The notes under the pieces: generated by a model
What the model was told of the DNA's origin: nothing
Databases searched by the model: none
Seen by the model: only the letters and a program-made list of their open reading frames with translations
Position numbers and translations under genes: made by a program
Shown: positions 12,647 through 25,843 of the stretch, piece after piece
How positions within the stretch are numbered: the first letter of the stretch is position 1
How the letters are laid out: each line of letters opens with the position of its first letter
DNA from: Lama glama
Lineage: Eukaryota
DNA length: 64,000 nucleotides
Direction of reading: 5' to 3'
Assembly: GCA_028534125.1 (NCBI GenBank)
Contig: CM052816.1
Location: 6,326,001-6,390,000, forward strand

Positions 12647-12782
12647 GTCAGACTCCTGGAGACGAGTTGACCCAGGGAAGCAGCAAAATGCGCACTGGCC
12701 ATTTCTGGGCAGAGTGTCTGCTCCGAGCTGGTCTGCTGTCCAAGATGAGCAGGAGTGTGAACAGTGCTTCGCATCCTAGCGG
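12647..12782 (+). other. Candidate exon of an unidentified host gene
   Basis: Acceptor tttcctatctttgaag|G, strong donor CGG|gtaagc, 136 nt non-repetitive, retains CpGs, one open frame. Confidence 0.4.
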
Positions 12783-14345
12783 GTAAGCATTGAGTTTCTC
12801 ATGGCAGTGTCTGTATTAGGAGACACCTCTGTCCGCTCAGGTGTTTTTGAGAGGACGTGTGTTCTCAGCCTCTCATCAGAGTAGGAGCCCTGGTGGGCCT
12901 GGCCCCACTTAGACCGTGGCTCTTGGAGGGGAGCACGGTACTCCCAAGTCTAATTGGATAAGCACGGAATGGAGGACTGTCGTCACCTCCTTTGTTCTAG
13001 TCACTGTATGTTTCTTCATATAACTTTCAGCTTTTATGAAAGCCACTAGTAATTCTGCTTATTTCTCATTTAAAACTTAAACTTAATCTTCTCATTCCCC
13101 TGTTGAAACTCCTGTGTCAGTCCACTGTTCTTAGGAATAAAATAAAAAATTCTTCATGTAGTCTTCAGGGAAAGAGTTTGGGGTAACAGAAAAGACCGTC
13201 CATGCATTTATTTTTAACCATCCTCTTTACTCTTCCTACACAATTTTATGTGCTTGGCTCCTTCGGCCTTCATGACTCTTCCTAAAACCACTAACACATT
13301 AAAATGGGCACTTTGAATCATAATAAAAATACCCCTAATAAAGCACTTTGAGAGTCTCAGTTTTCCCTTTGGGGGGCATTCCACTTCTGTAACTGAATTC
13401 TCTGTCTCCAGATTGTGACACCTGGGAGAAAATAGAGTGTTTTAAGCAAGTGCATTACGTCCTTTCCCTCCTCCCCTCCTTCCCTTAATAATGCTTAAAC
13501 CCATTACTGTCTCTGGGGAAACCATCTGGTAATAAGCATCTCTGGCAATGAAAAGACTGTGTAACCTCCCGGTGGAAACTGTATCATTTAAAAGTTTTGA
13601 ATTCAAGTACTCATTTGTTTTTAGGAAGCCTCTTGCTCAGCCCTCTGCTAGATTCAGCTGTGAGGTGGGGCTTCCAAAGCTATGCTTGCTCCCAAGTAAT
13701 AGCCTTCAGTGTTACGTAACAACAGTGATGTCACAGGTTTGTGTACAGTTTAAGAAGGACTTTGATGTATATTATCCCTCTAATCCTTTGAACAGTTCTT
13801 TCAAGGCTGTTCAGGAATCAACACGCCTATTTTACAGTAACTTGAGTCTTAAGTAAGTGGTTTGCTCCAGAATTCACTACTGGTAGAAATAAGGGTGATC
13901 ATAGATGGAGTCCTTCTGACTCCTAGGCTTTTGTGACTTTTGGATGTAGTATTTAATGCTTTGTTTTGACTGATTATAAAAGTAATATATTCGTTGCAGA
14001 AAATAAAGAGAAAATAGGAAAGGATCGAGGTGAAAATTAGAAATGCTTTCATTCCCACCATCTAGTGAGCTGCTCTGAACCTTTTAGTGTAATTCCTTCC
14101 AAGTTGTCCTGTATGGGGGTGTGTGTGTGTGTGTGTAGTTCTGTGTATGTGAATGCTCACAAAATTGGGATCCTGTTTCATTGCAACTGAATGAGAGCAG
14201 GTGTGCTCCCATGGTAATGGAGCTCTCTCAGTGTGTGATGTAAATTGCGTCTCGTTTTCGCGTCTGTGAAGAAGGAAGGAACTGATTAGGGCTGGCGAAA
14301 GGGCTCACCCCAATTCAACCTGTTTTTATTATCTTGCAATTTCAG

Positions 14346-14466
14346 AGAAAATATACCTGGGAACCTGAAACCAGTGGGAGAGAAATACCTGATCTATCAG
14401 GGCCAAGGAGAGAGAACAAAAATCAGCCAAGTAGACTTGATTGAGGACGATGAAATGTCACGGCAG
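14346..14466 (+). other. Weak candidate exon
   Basis: Acceptor tttattatcttgcaatttcag|A, weak donor CAG|gtggtt, purine-rich, one open frame. Confidence 0.2.
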
Positions 14467-15285
14467 GTGGTTTCACTAGCGTTCCAGACACGGAGGGGTC
14501 TCCTGGCGGGCTGCAGAGTAGACCGTGCAGTTTGGCATTGAGCATTGGCGGGGAGAGGCAAGGAAGGGGTGTCATGTAGATTGACGCCTCAGGCTTTGAA
14601 GCTCAACACACTAGGGTCTGCAGTTCTCTCCACCCTAATAACAGTACAGGAGTCTCTGAGCCCTCGTTGTCTCCTCTGTCAAATGGGGATCAGTATGCCA
14701 CTGATGTAAACCCGCTGATGGTGCATGACGTATAGACTGCAATTAGAACATGGAAACGTTAAACACGTCAGGTCATCACACCCTTGGTAGGGTGACATGT
14801 CTGGCTGCTTTTGTTGGACTTTGAGGAAGACCTCCTGCTGCCTTGGTTTGTTGAAGTTCCTGGATTCTCCGGTACCTGTTTGTCCTTACTGTGCAGATGC
14901 TGCCTTGGAGGCAGTCTCTGCCCGCACCCCTCCCACATCTACCCAGCCAGGTCTGCTGAGTCAACCCAGAGCGCCTTTATGAAGGACCTGCAGTGTGGTG
15001 TCTGCTGGGGCAGGCCCTCTGGGTTTAAAAGGAGAAATAAGACTATGTCTCTTCTCCCCAGGAGTGCAGGCACAAATAAACAAAACCCACGTGGAAGATG
15101 GAAAGCTTTGTGCACGTGTCTGTTGTAGGCTCACCAGGTCCTATGGGATTCACACCTTGCTTTGGACGGCGGGGGAGGGGGCAAGAGCATCTCTTCCTGC
15201 CCCTTCAGACATATTCAGGAAGAGGGGAGCTGGCACGCAGTACACCAGAAGCTGATTTAAAAGCCTAAGCACATCATTTTTCTCT

Positions 15286-15302
15286 ATACACGTACACGTA
15301 CA

Positions 15303-15337
<35 letters not shown>
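15286..15337. repeat. Compound (TACACG)3-(CA)n microsatellite
   Basis: Directly visible; alternating purine/pyrimidine. Confidence 0.95.
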
Positions 15338-15339
<2 letters not shown>

Positions 15340-15446
15340 CCCTGCAGGTTCAGACGATTGTTGCTTGCTGCCCCTGTGGGGAGGTGAGGGTAGAGGGTCT
15401 TTGGGGAACTGGAGCATGTATGGTTCTGATGCAGGAAAAATGGTTG

Positions 15447-16073
15447 TGGGGTGTGAGGAAGGCCATGTCCCAGGTCTCGGCTGAGCCCCTGGGACCTGCC
15501 CCGCCAAGTGTGGGTCCTTGGCTTCACATAGGAATGAATTCAACAGTGAGCCACAGTTGAGTAAAGGTAGATTTATTTAGAGAGATACATACTACATAGA
15601 GTGCAGGCTGTTTCAGAAGGTGAGAGGCCACAAGGTGTGAGAGTTGGGTGATCAGGTTAAATTAAAAGTAGGTACACACTCCACAGACAGACTACGGGCC
15701 ATCTCCAGAAAGGAGGAGAGGCGACAGTAGAGGGCAGTGTTGCCAATTTTTATGGGCTTCGTAGTTTCATATGCTAATAAGTGGAAGGACCAGTCTAACT
15801 ACTCCGGGGTAGGGGGCGGGATTCCCAGGAAGCTGGCCATTTCCCACTCTTTGACCTTTTGTGGCTAGGTTTAGGACTGTCACGGCGCCTGTGGGCATGT
15901 TATTCACCATGCTAATATGTTACAGTAAGCATATAATGAAGCTCAAGGTCTACTAGAAGTCAAGTCTCCTATCTTGAGCCTCAGGGCCTACTGGGGGTTG
16001 AATCTTTCGCCATCCTGGTGTTAATTGCTGTGTTGTTCCTTGAATGGCTGTGCCCTGCCCCCTTCCTGTCTCA
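15447..16073 (-). mobile_element. ERV1-type solo LTR with 4-bp TSD (gttg)
   Basis: TG..CA termini; gttg at 15443-15446 and 16074-16077; minus-strand AATAAA (~15572) and CATAAAAA TATA-like box (~15747-15754). Confidence 0.85.
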
Positions 16074-17419
16074 GTTGGGCCACTCAGGGTGGCTGTTCTC
16101 TTGCTCTGCTCCCCCAGTGCCTGCTTCACCCACATCTACTGGCATGACTGACCTTCCTAACCATAGGCCCCAGGCCCCAGCTAGTGATTGTTCTTACCAA
16201 AGAGACGGTGAGGGGCGTGCGTCTCTGCCAGTTTACCCGGTAAACGATGAGCCGGCCTGACCTCAATTCCTCCTATAACTGCTAACCTTCCCTGCCCCGG
16301 GAGCAAAGATTGCCACCAAGTCCTGCCTGCCATTTGCTACACATGGTCGAGAGTCACGCCAGGACCTTGCTTCAGACATGTAAGCTCCATTGATGTCTCT
16401 GTTGCTGACTCTGGGCTCTTTCCTCTGTCTTGAAGCTGGGTGAGGACAGGTCATACAGGGTTGCAGGGTACCGCCCAACAGGCACGTTCTGCAGAGCAGC
16501 AGAACAGGACCACCAACCCTCTCCCACCCTGCCCGCTGGTCTGCCCACCTTGCTTTGTTCTTTCCTTCCTCTTCCCACTGAAGAACAGATCTTGGTGCTG
16601 CGCAATGAGCTTAGGACAGATTTTGTCCTCGAGGAGCTTCCAGTCTATGATTAGATATAAAGAAAGTACAATCTTGCCTTGATGACAGTAGGTACGTAGT
16701 CTCATACAGAATGCAGAAGGGTCACCTCACTGCAACCTGGTGAGAGAGTGAAGGTTTCCCAGAGGACTGAACGTCTGAGCTGAGGGCTAAGCAGTGGGTA
16801 GGGCTCAACCAGTGAGCGCACTGGAAGGACACTTCTCCAGCCTACAGGTCCACAGGGCTGGAACAGAGGGAGAATGACAAGCCATCAGTATGGTTAGACA
16901 GTGAGCTGCTTTCCAGATGGTGGGCTTTGAGTGCACACTGTAGACAGAGTGCGCTGTGTTGTTAAGATGCTATGATTTGGGTGAGATGTACATCTGCTCT
17001 GGCTATACCTTGCATCAGGAGAATGCCTGAGTCCTCTGGTCGCCTTCCTTTTCTAATAGAAAATGAGCAACCTCAATAACAGAATGAGAAGGAACCCATA
17101 GGAAGGCTTGGGCATAAAATCATTCCGTATGTAATTACCAAGGATTTCATTCTTAGGCTAACACAGGCACTTCCCTTTCTCCAAAGCTATTAAAAACAAA
17201 CATGTAAATCAACTATACCATAATAAATTGAAAAAAATAAATCATAGAGTATATTCTACCCCCCAAATAAACAGACAAAAACCAGGTCATATCATTGTTT
17301 CTCTGTGATGGTCCAGAGGAGATTGATTTCTCCCATTGGGTAGGGTTAACTGCAGATTCCAGTGGCAAACTAGCCAGAGAATTATGTCTGGAAGGATGGC
17401 TCCAACTTTGGGTAAAGTA

Positions 17420-17620
17420 GACCGTGGAGTCAGAGTGCCTGGGAAGGGAGCCGGTTCTGTAGTCCATGAGCGTGGCTTTAGGTAAGTTACTGAACCTTTC
17501 TTGGCCGTCTTATAAATCATGGATAAGTTACTCCATACAGTGTAGGTTTATTGTGAGCTTGAAGGAAGGTGATGTGCCTGGGTGCCTAGAACTGTGCCTG
17601 ATGTATACGGAGCCCCACGG
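17420..17620 (+). mobile_element. MIR SINE
   Basis: 'ggagtcagagtgcctggg...taggtaagttactgaacctttc...ttattgtgagcttgaag'. Confidence 0.7.
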
Positions 17621-17999
17621 AAAAGGTGGTTTTAGTGCAGGTGATTATTCAGCTCCACTGGCTGAGAAACTGTCTCTTGAGGGAGAAGCAGCTGGCACTA
17701 GCTTGTAGGCCCTTGAGCAGTGGGGTATGGAAGTGTCCCAGCTCCACAAGTAGGAGAGCTGAAGGAGGGTGTCTCCTTTTGTGTCTGTTTGTCCTTCATG
17801 ACGCCAGAATGAAAAGTGCCTCTCTGAATGGTCACACTGAAGAGTGTGCGTCTCGGTCCTTGAAAAGCTCTGTCCAAATCCCCTCCTCCGTAATTCTTAC
17901 GGGGAGCATTTTTGCATCTGCACTGCTAGTTAACCCAGCACTTCTGCTGGAAGAGTCATTCGCAGTAACGCCAGGACACGGTTTACCTTTTCAACTGTG

Positions 18000-19237
18000 T
18001 TGATGTTTGATAGCTGGTGCAAAAGCAATGGCAGAAACATCACAAAGGGGCCTCAGTGCTCTAGTCAAGGCACTGATGTCACACCACACAAGAAGTCATG
18101 GTCTTCCTCACCAGTGCACGTCTGCAGTGTGTTTCCTTTCAAACACCAGTTTCACCTTCGTAGAGCAGTAAAAATTATTAACATTATTAAATCTAGACCT
18201 TTTTAATATTTTATATGATGGAATGGCAAGTATATGTTAAGCACTGTAATGGCTGATGAGGGGAAAATTACTCAGACTGTTGTTTGAACTATAAGCCAGA
18301 CTAGTAGCTTTCTCATGGAACTCCAGTTAAGCTAAAAAAAAAACCTGACAAACTATGGTCAGGCAAACTTGGGTATTTGGTGGACATTTTCCCCAAAATG
18401 ATCAAAGTGAGCTTGTCACTTCAAGGAAAACAACTCGATAGTGTTTGTCGCTAGTGAGAAAATTTTGATCTTGAAGCAACATTTAGAATTTTAGGAAACT
18501 CGTGTCTAATTCTGCAGTGAGCCTTTTTTCTGTAATTAGATTGTTCTGATGAGATTAGAGGTGATATTAACAAAGGTGGATTTTTGATATTTTATAGTAA
18601 AATATGTCAACATTCAGAAGATTTGTATTAGTCAGATAAACAATATTTTCCAAAAACATGTTACAGAATCATGAGTGGGTAAAAAAAAATCCATTCATAG
18701 TACAAGATGGCCAATGGATTTGAAGGAAATAAAGTATCAAATTTCATTAATGGGATTTAGTATTTCATCTTGAAATAAGCCTTAAGAATATACCACTTGT
18801 TAAGTCTTAGTATAGTACCAAAGAATAGCCATAATTACTTTGAAAAGGCTACCAAAGTACCTCCTCCCTTTTACAACTGCACACTATTTGTGAGACGAGA
18901 TTTTATCCATGTATTTCAATCAAAAGAGCATATCAAAAGAAATATAAGAATACAGCTGTTTTTATTACACCAAACATTAAAGAGATTTGCAAAAATGTAA
19001 AATAGCACAATTACAGTAATGTTTTATTTTGGAAATTATGTTTTTTTTTAAATTATATTAACATATAATAGATTGAGTATAATTTTAAATATATTAATGT
19101 ATAAATATGTATCTGTTTCAATTCCTAATAAGGATATATTGGTAGATAACACCCCACATAAACAAAAGCTAGTTGGAGCCCCCAATAATTTTTTTAAGAG
19201 TATAAAGTGGTTCTGAATCTAAACATTAAAGAAAACA
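18000..19237 (+). mobile_element. Charlie1-type (hAT) DNA transposon fossil
   Basis: 'ggtgcaaaagcaatgg', 'gacaaactatggt..acttgggtatttggtggacattttc..gcttgtcacttcaaggaaaaca', and 'cccacataaacaaaagct..aataatttttttaagagtataaag' are recalled Charlie1a/b motifs. Confidence 0.85.
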
Positions 19238-19360
19238 AATTTTTAACTGTTGAATATTCTTCCAAATACATCATCATAGAATTCTCAGGAATGTCATTTT
19301 TATGCATGGTTCTATGGGAAAAACCAAGAGACTGACAAACTGCAGAGTAAGAAAGAGAAT

Positions 19361-19392
19361 GAGAGAGAGAGTGTGTGTGTGTGTGTGTGTGT
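19361..19392. repeat. (GA)n(GT)n microsatellite
   Basis: Directly visible. Confidence 0.9.
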
Positions 19393-20614
19393 TTTGGGGT
19401 GTGTGTAGGTTGGAGGGTTATGGGGGAAATCACATCACTTCTCTGCAAAAATTTTCATTTTTTAGAGAGATTTAGTGTGAATGGCTTAAAATTGTCTTCC
19501 CCAGCTTCAGAAAATTCCTTAGATCAATAAGACTATTAGTGTAAAAAGGAACCCCCAAGCAGGATGGTCCTCTAAATACCTTTGTGCAGATTGGAAAAGA
19601 AGAATTTAACATCTGGACTAGAGCGTTAGACAATCTGGTAAATGTTCATGAGCTTGGACTTAATGAAGCCGTTAGTTCACCAAATAATTTAACAACTTGC
19701 TGAGTTTTCCCCTGGAAAAAAAGATGCTTCTGAATATAATCCTTTCTGGTTGAACTGATTGCTACTCTAGATCCTGTAAGGACCCTAAACTTGAATGATG
19801 ACTTTCTGTGCACCCATTCTTATACACGTCTTGTGTTCTGAACACTTTTTCACACTCAACGTCGATTCTTAAGTCCTTACAATCCTGGGCCAGGGCTAGA
19901 AAGAGCGTTACGCCTCTCAGATTACTCTTGAGAAGACTGAGGTGTAGACAGGTTAATGACTTGCTCAGGGTCTCAATATGGCCTAACGGCCTGCTGGTTT
20001 CTTTCGTCCTTGACTTTGCAGAGCCCATGTTTTCACAGTGGAACTAAACATTGCACACGTGGGCCCACTTGACAGTATGGTGGGGAAAATGGAACATAGA
20101 GGACAAATTGCTCTCTATTTTCAAAGCTGTCGCTCAGCTGGTCTACGTCACTGAACTTCATTGGAAGTATGTTTGTTTTTTCCTTCATCATATGATGATA
20201 ATACCTCTCAGATTGAAATGTGAAAATTAAAGGAAAGATAGAAGAGGTGAGCACAGTGTTGCACGGCACCTAAATAGCTGGTCAGTCAGTGTGCCCTTCT
20301 GTCATCATTGGTAAGGGGATCAGAGGTGGCAAAGGGCATCGTGTATTGGGGTCTTCCAGTTCCGTGCCTGTCCCTAAAGTGTGCGTGAATCTTTAGTCTG
20401 TAAAGGCCAGAAGCAACGTTCTGGGGGAGGGAGTTGTTTTAGAAAGCAGATCTAGGATGAGCAAAGACAAAGTAAGAAGTGTGCCTGGCACGTGGGGGAA
20501 GGGCAGAGAAGGCTCCTGCTCCAGGCTCTAGCAGTTGCACTGGTGTTTGACAGGTGACCTTCCGCACCTTCTAGGCTCGCTCCACTTTCGTCCACACTCT
20601 GTTTACATCACCTC

Positions 20615-22030
20615 ACGTCAACTCATGGCTTGAACCACCTGTGTACTGGCTCCCAACTTTGTATCCCTAAGCATACCCTCTTCCTGGACCTCAACACCGG
20701 ATTTTTTTCAATTGCCTTTTGTTGTTGAAGGGTATTTGATTTACAATGTTGTAATAGTTTCTGGGGTTCAGCATAGTGATTCAGTTATACATGTATGTAT
20801 ATTCTTCATGTTCTTTCTTCAATAGGAGTCATTACAAGATGTTGACTACAGTCCCCTGTGACCTTGCTGTTTATCTGTTTTATATACAGCCGTTTGTATC
20901 TGCTGGTCCCAAATTCCTAATCTGTCCCTCACCTCCCTTTCCCCTTTGGTAATCACAAGTTTGTTTTCTATATCTGTAGGTTTATTTCTGTTTTGTAAAT
21001 AAGTTCACTTATATCATTTTTGAGATTCCACATATAAATGCTACCATACGATATGTGTGTTGGTCTGACTTCACTTAGTATGGTAATCTCTAGGTCCATC
21101 CATGTTGCTGCAAATGGCATTATTTCATTCTTTTTTGTAGCTAAATAATATTGTGTTATGTGTGTATATGTGTATATATAAACCACATTGTCTTTATCCA
21201 GTCACCTGTCGATGGATATTTAGGTTGCTTGCAAGTCTTGGCTGTTGTGAACTGTGGGTTTGACCTCTATTGCCACTTGGAATCCTGGTGGCAATCTTGA
21301 AATCAACATATGAGAAGGAGGACTTTGGATTTCCTGTTGCAAGTGTGCTTCTCTCTATTTCAGTAAAGGGCACCATACTCACCCAATGGCTTAATTCAAA
21401 TGCCATCTTGACTCTTCTTCTTCCATCTTGCATACAGTCAGTCATCAGATGCTTTCAGTGTAAAGTGCAAAGTATACCTAGGATCTGTTCACATCTCTTC
21501 TTCCCGGTGGCTGTTACCTGACTCAGGCTTCTGTGACCTTTCACAGGAGTATGGTGATAGTCCTCTAAACCACCCTCTCTCATTGCGCTCTTGCAACACC
21601 CCCCATGCCCCAGGCTACTCTCTGCTATGCAGTCAGAGCAGGCATTTGAAACAGATTCATTTCATTCCCATACTTAAAATTCCAATGGATTTCCAATGAA
21701 TTTGTATTTTAAACTCAAGTTATGTGTTGTTTCCTTCCCTGCCTCTCCCTTAGACCTCATTTAATTAAGGAACACCAGCACCCACCCTTATTGTCATCTT
21801 TTGGTTCTTGGAAAATGACCACATTTAATCCTGTCTCAGGACCTTTGCACTTGCTGTCCCTTTTGCCTCAAATGCTCTTCTCACCAACCTTTCCATAGAT
21901 GGCTTCTAATCAGTGAAGTCACACCTTAACTGTCATTCTTCAGAGAGGGCTTTCCTTATCTCACATTCTAAAGTACCCCATTCCTTCTTCTGATCATTTT
22001 CTAGGCTCTGAGTCTACTGTGTTTTTCTTC
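20615..22030 (+). mobile_element. L2 LINE 3' region, interrupted by an L1
   Basis: 'ctcttcctggacctcaacacc', 'ttcagtaaagggcacca', 'ctcaggacctttgcacttgctgtccc', 'ttcagagagggctttcc' L2 motifs. Confidence 0.8.
20718..21257 (-). mobile_element. L1 3' end inserted in L2
   Basis: Minus ORF KKNEIMPFAATWMDLEITILSEV; L1 3'UTR. Confidence 0.92.
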
Positions 22031-24785
22031 TGGTACAGTAGATATTCACTTCTTTCACTGGGTGTCACGGTGTAAAATGTTTGGGAAGCTCTGTTTGACT
22101 TGCCCTGGTGGCCCCCCTCTTTCTTTCTTACCTGTGTTGCCCTCATTGTTGGCCCTCCTCCACGTCCATCATTTTGTTCACAGAATATCCTAGTCCTGGA
22201 TCAGTGCTTCTGTCTACGTCCCTTTGTGCATTTCCAGGAGGACAGGATTTGCAGTGTATGGATCGCACAGTTGCGGGTATGAGCACTCTAGATGGTAGGA
22301 CTCCTGCGGTACTTTGCCTCTTTATTCTGAACCTGTATTTTTTTTTTTTTAAGGAACTTTGATCCACTCATCTGCCCTTTCTAACAGGTAATACTTACTA
22401 AATCCTTACTATCTAGCTGACACGACCTGTGTTACCGAATTTAATCCCCACACCCACCCTGAGACCTGGGGACGGGGACTCCCCTCGTTTTACAGTTGTG
22501 TGCAAAGGCATGCTTTGAGTTGAGTAGCAGAGTTAGGATTCAAACCTACATCTGTCTTATTTGTAAGCCTATTTTATTATCAGACTTAATATACTTATGG
22601 AGCAAAAGAATTCTCCAGTAAGCCCCCAAATCCATTACTTCTGTTAATGAACGTCTCTATCTGTACCACTAAATAAATAATCATTTAGTAGGTGCAGCAC
22701 AAAGGATTGTTTTCATAGGGAGGGGAAAAGGACCTGCCTATTCTATATCCTCCTATTTCTTTTCCCTTGGGCTGCCTGGTGCTAAATGGTTTTTAAATAG
22801 CAATCTAACCACCCACAGAGAGACCTCAATTTACAAATTTTCTTCCTATACATCAGTGCTGTTACTCGTCCCCTGGTTTTGGAGGTCTGCTTGAGTTTGT
22901 GCTTAAAATAATGGATGGCTACAGTTTGTGAGCACAACGCAAGTGACTATATTTGGGAAGGAAAATGTGTTTATATACATACTTTCCTTTCAGTCTGTTT
23001 CTGTGGAGATTAAAAAATATCTGGCACCTGAAGCTGCAGTTGGAGCAGAGAGAATCAGAACGCACAGAGCCACAGAATGCCATCGCTGGAAGGGACCGTG
23101 TCTGGGGGTTGGTGACACAGAACACAGGTCCCTTTCTGTGTGGGATCACGTAGCAGGGGAGCGGCTGTGCGGTGGGTTGTCAGTCAGAGTTTATTCAGCA
23201 CAGGGGGAGGGCTTACTTTCTCAGCCTGATTTTTCTTCGTTTGTAAAATGTGGTCAGTAAGAGCTCTTCCCCCAGAGGGCAGCTGTTACACGTGTTACCC
23301 ACGTACTGTACATCCTCGTGGCCAACCCACGTGTGCTCAAGGAATGCTGGCTGCCCCCTCCTCTTTTTCTCCTTCCCTTCTTTCTTCTGCATTATCGTTA
23401 AATCTTCAAAGACAGGGTTTTTTAAGCCTTCTTCAAGGGCTTAAATGCGAACGGCTTTGACATACTCCTTCCTTTGATGCTAGAGATGTGTAATTTGTAT
23501 TGGGGAGATAAATGATAATTTTTTTGTGTTCTAGTTTTCAATAGATACCATTTCCCCCCTTCATTTTCAAACAAAACCTAGTCTTGGTGTCTTCACGATC
23601 TAGACCATTCTTTGCTCCCATCGTTCCCACAGAATCTCTGGAGTATTCATGAATGGTCAGTCACTGGACTGGTTGTTCATGTGCACATAATGACTGACTT
23701 CATGCAGAACAGCTAAGGTTAGCATTACCTCCACTCTTGAGTAAGTTAACAGAATTGGTTAAGAAGCTTATCCCAAGGTACATGGCTTGTAAGAGGCACA
23801 GAACTGAGCGGACTTGCAGTCTGGGCTATTCTATCTCTAAGCACAATGTCTTACCCACTGTACCATGATATCAGTAGGGACAAGTAATACTTAACCTTCT
23901 GTCATATAAAACTGTCATGGAATTAGTTACTTTTTTATGACGTAGATTCTAACCCTTCCACGATTAAGGGATAAGCACCAGAGCCAGTGGAGAAGTGGAT
24001 AAGTGAATAAGAAGTGGAGAAGCCAAACCCACCATGGCTACTGTGCCAGCACTTTGACCTGAAGTCGTCCATTGGAGCTCTAGAAAAGCCTATGATCACC
24101 TGTGTTTTAATTCTTAATTGGATTTGTGGACCATTTGTCCTTATGTTCTGCCTCTTCTGTGTAGATACTGTTGGCCTGCAGCTGCCCCCTTGATGGCAAC
24201 CTCACATGTGAGGTACCCCTTCTGAGTTGTGCAAGTGTCACATTCCTAATTAATTCCAATGAACAGGACTTCTCTTATCTATGAAGGAGGGTTGTGCTTT
24301 TTCAGTGTAAATATCTCTTGTGCCCCCTATTCCATGAGGTGGGTCATACCTTTGAGAAGCTCTTGTTACTGCTCACTTTTTAAACAAGTATTATTGTATT
24401 CCTGAGTAATCCATCACATCTGTAACACCCATGAATTTATGTTCCAAAACTAATATTTTATTATCTTTGCTTCTTGCTCTGTGTTACTTAACCTACAACA
24501 GGGGCATCAGCTTTGCTTGATGAAATTTCACCCATCATTCAGGCTTCACTTCATAATCCCTCTCAGGCACAAAGTCTTTCCTAATCCCTTCATCTGACCC
24601 TGTCCTTCCAACACTTCTCTACCAAAGACACGCAGAATTACTGGAAAAGACTGCACCTGCCTCTGAACTTCATATCCTGTTGGCTTTCCCCCTCCTGTGA
24701 CAATTAACACTCTATTCCTTGTACAGTTACTTCCTCTTGTCCGGTCCTTCCCTTTCATCTGTGCTTTAGCAGTGAAGAGATGATT

Positions 24786-25365
24786 GTATAATTAGGATGC
24801 TTTGAGTTTATAAGAAATAGAATATCCAACTAAAATTGAATTACCCAGTGAAATATTCGCTATCTCATTTAACAGAAATTCTGAGTTAACACAGATTTCC
24901 AAAATTGCTTAATTCAACTGCTCAGCAATTCTGGGCCTGGCGATTTTGTCCTGTGAGTCTCTTGATTTTCCCCTCTTAGACTCAAGATGGCTTGCACAGC
25001 TGTGAACAACACCTCCCCAGAGGTCAGCATTTAAGGAGGGAAGGAAGGAAGTTCCATCTGTTGCCTCTGTAAACCTGTTATTCATCTGGAAGGAAACTGT
25101 TTCCCAAAAGTTCTCCATTAGAATTTCTCTGTCTCATTAGTCAGGACTGATTGACAAGCCTGCCCCCAAACCACTGACTGGCAAAGGGAAATGAATGGAT
25201 TATCACCATTGGTTAAGCTCAATCCAAGTTTAGATCAGTCAAAATGTGTCCTCTGGGGCTGAGGGAGGGGCCCATCTTCGCTGAGCACATTGCCATCTGT
25301 CTGACTGCTGAATAAAATTGGAGTTCTATTAGCAATCAAGGAGGAAATGGCTCTATTAAATTGCA
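24786..25365 (-). mobile_element. Old MLT1 (J/K-like) LTR
   Basis: 'tgtataattaggatgctttgag..atccaactaaaatt', 'caagatggc', 'aataaaattggagttctattagcaa'. Confidence 0.65.
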
Positions 25366-25609
25366 TCAAGAGTATTTGACTGTATTGAATCTGAGTTCTC
25401 TGGATGAAATAGCATTTGCCACAGGTCTGACTTAGTGCTCTCTGCGTTTCTCTCAGTGACTGGTAAGACCTCAGTGAACGCTACTGGACATAGTCCATTC
25501 ATTTTCTTCAACAAATACTTATTTATAAATCTATATGATACGACTGTTCTAGCAGTTAGATATACAATGGTGTGTAAAATCTGTTGGGATCACTGCCATT
25601 AATATAAAA

Positions 25610-25809
25610 GTAATAGTTAAGCTTACTATGTAGTAGGTACAATGCTAAACACTCGGCATTCATTTTAAAAAATTAATCCTCAAACAACCTATAGGATAAG
25701 TTCTATTAAAATCATTTTTCTGATTAGAAAATTGACTTCACATAGTTAAGAGTCTTGGCAAAGGTGACAAAGGTAAGCTTTAAGCCAAGTCTTGCATGAA
25801 TCCTTTTTA

Positions 25810-25810
<1 letters not shown>
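25610..25810 (-). mobile_element. MIR SINE
   Basis: 'gcttactatgtagtaggtacaatgctaaac..ttaatcctcaaacaacctatagg..aaggtgaca'. Confidence 0.7.

Positions 25811-25811
<1 letters not shown>

Positions 25812-25840
<29 letters not shown>
25812..25840. repeat. (TG)n microsatellite
   Basis: Directly visible. Confidence 0.95.
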
Positions 25841-25843
<3 letters not shown>

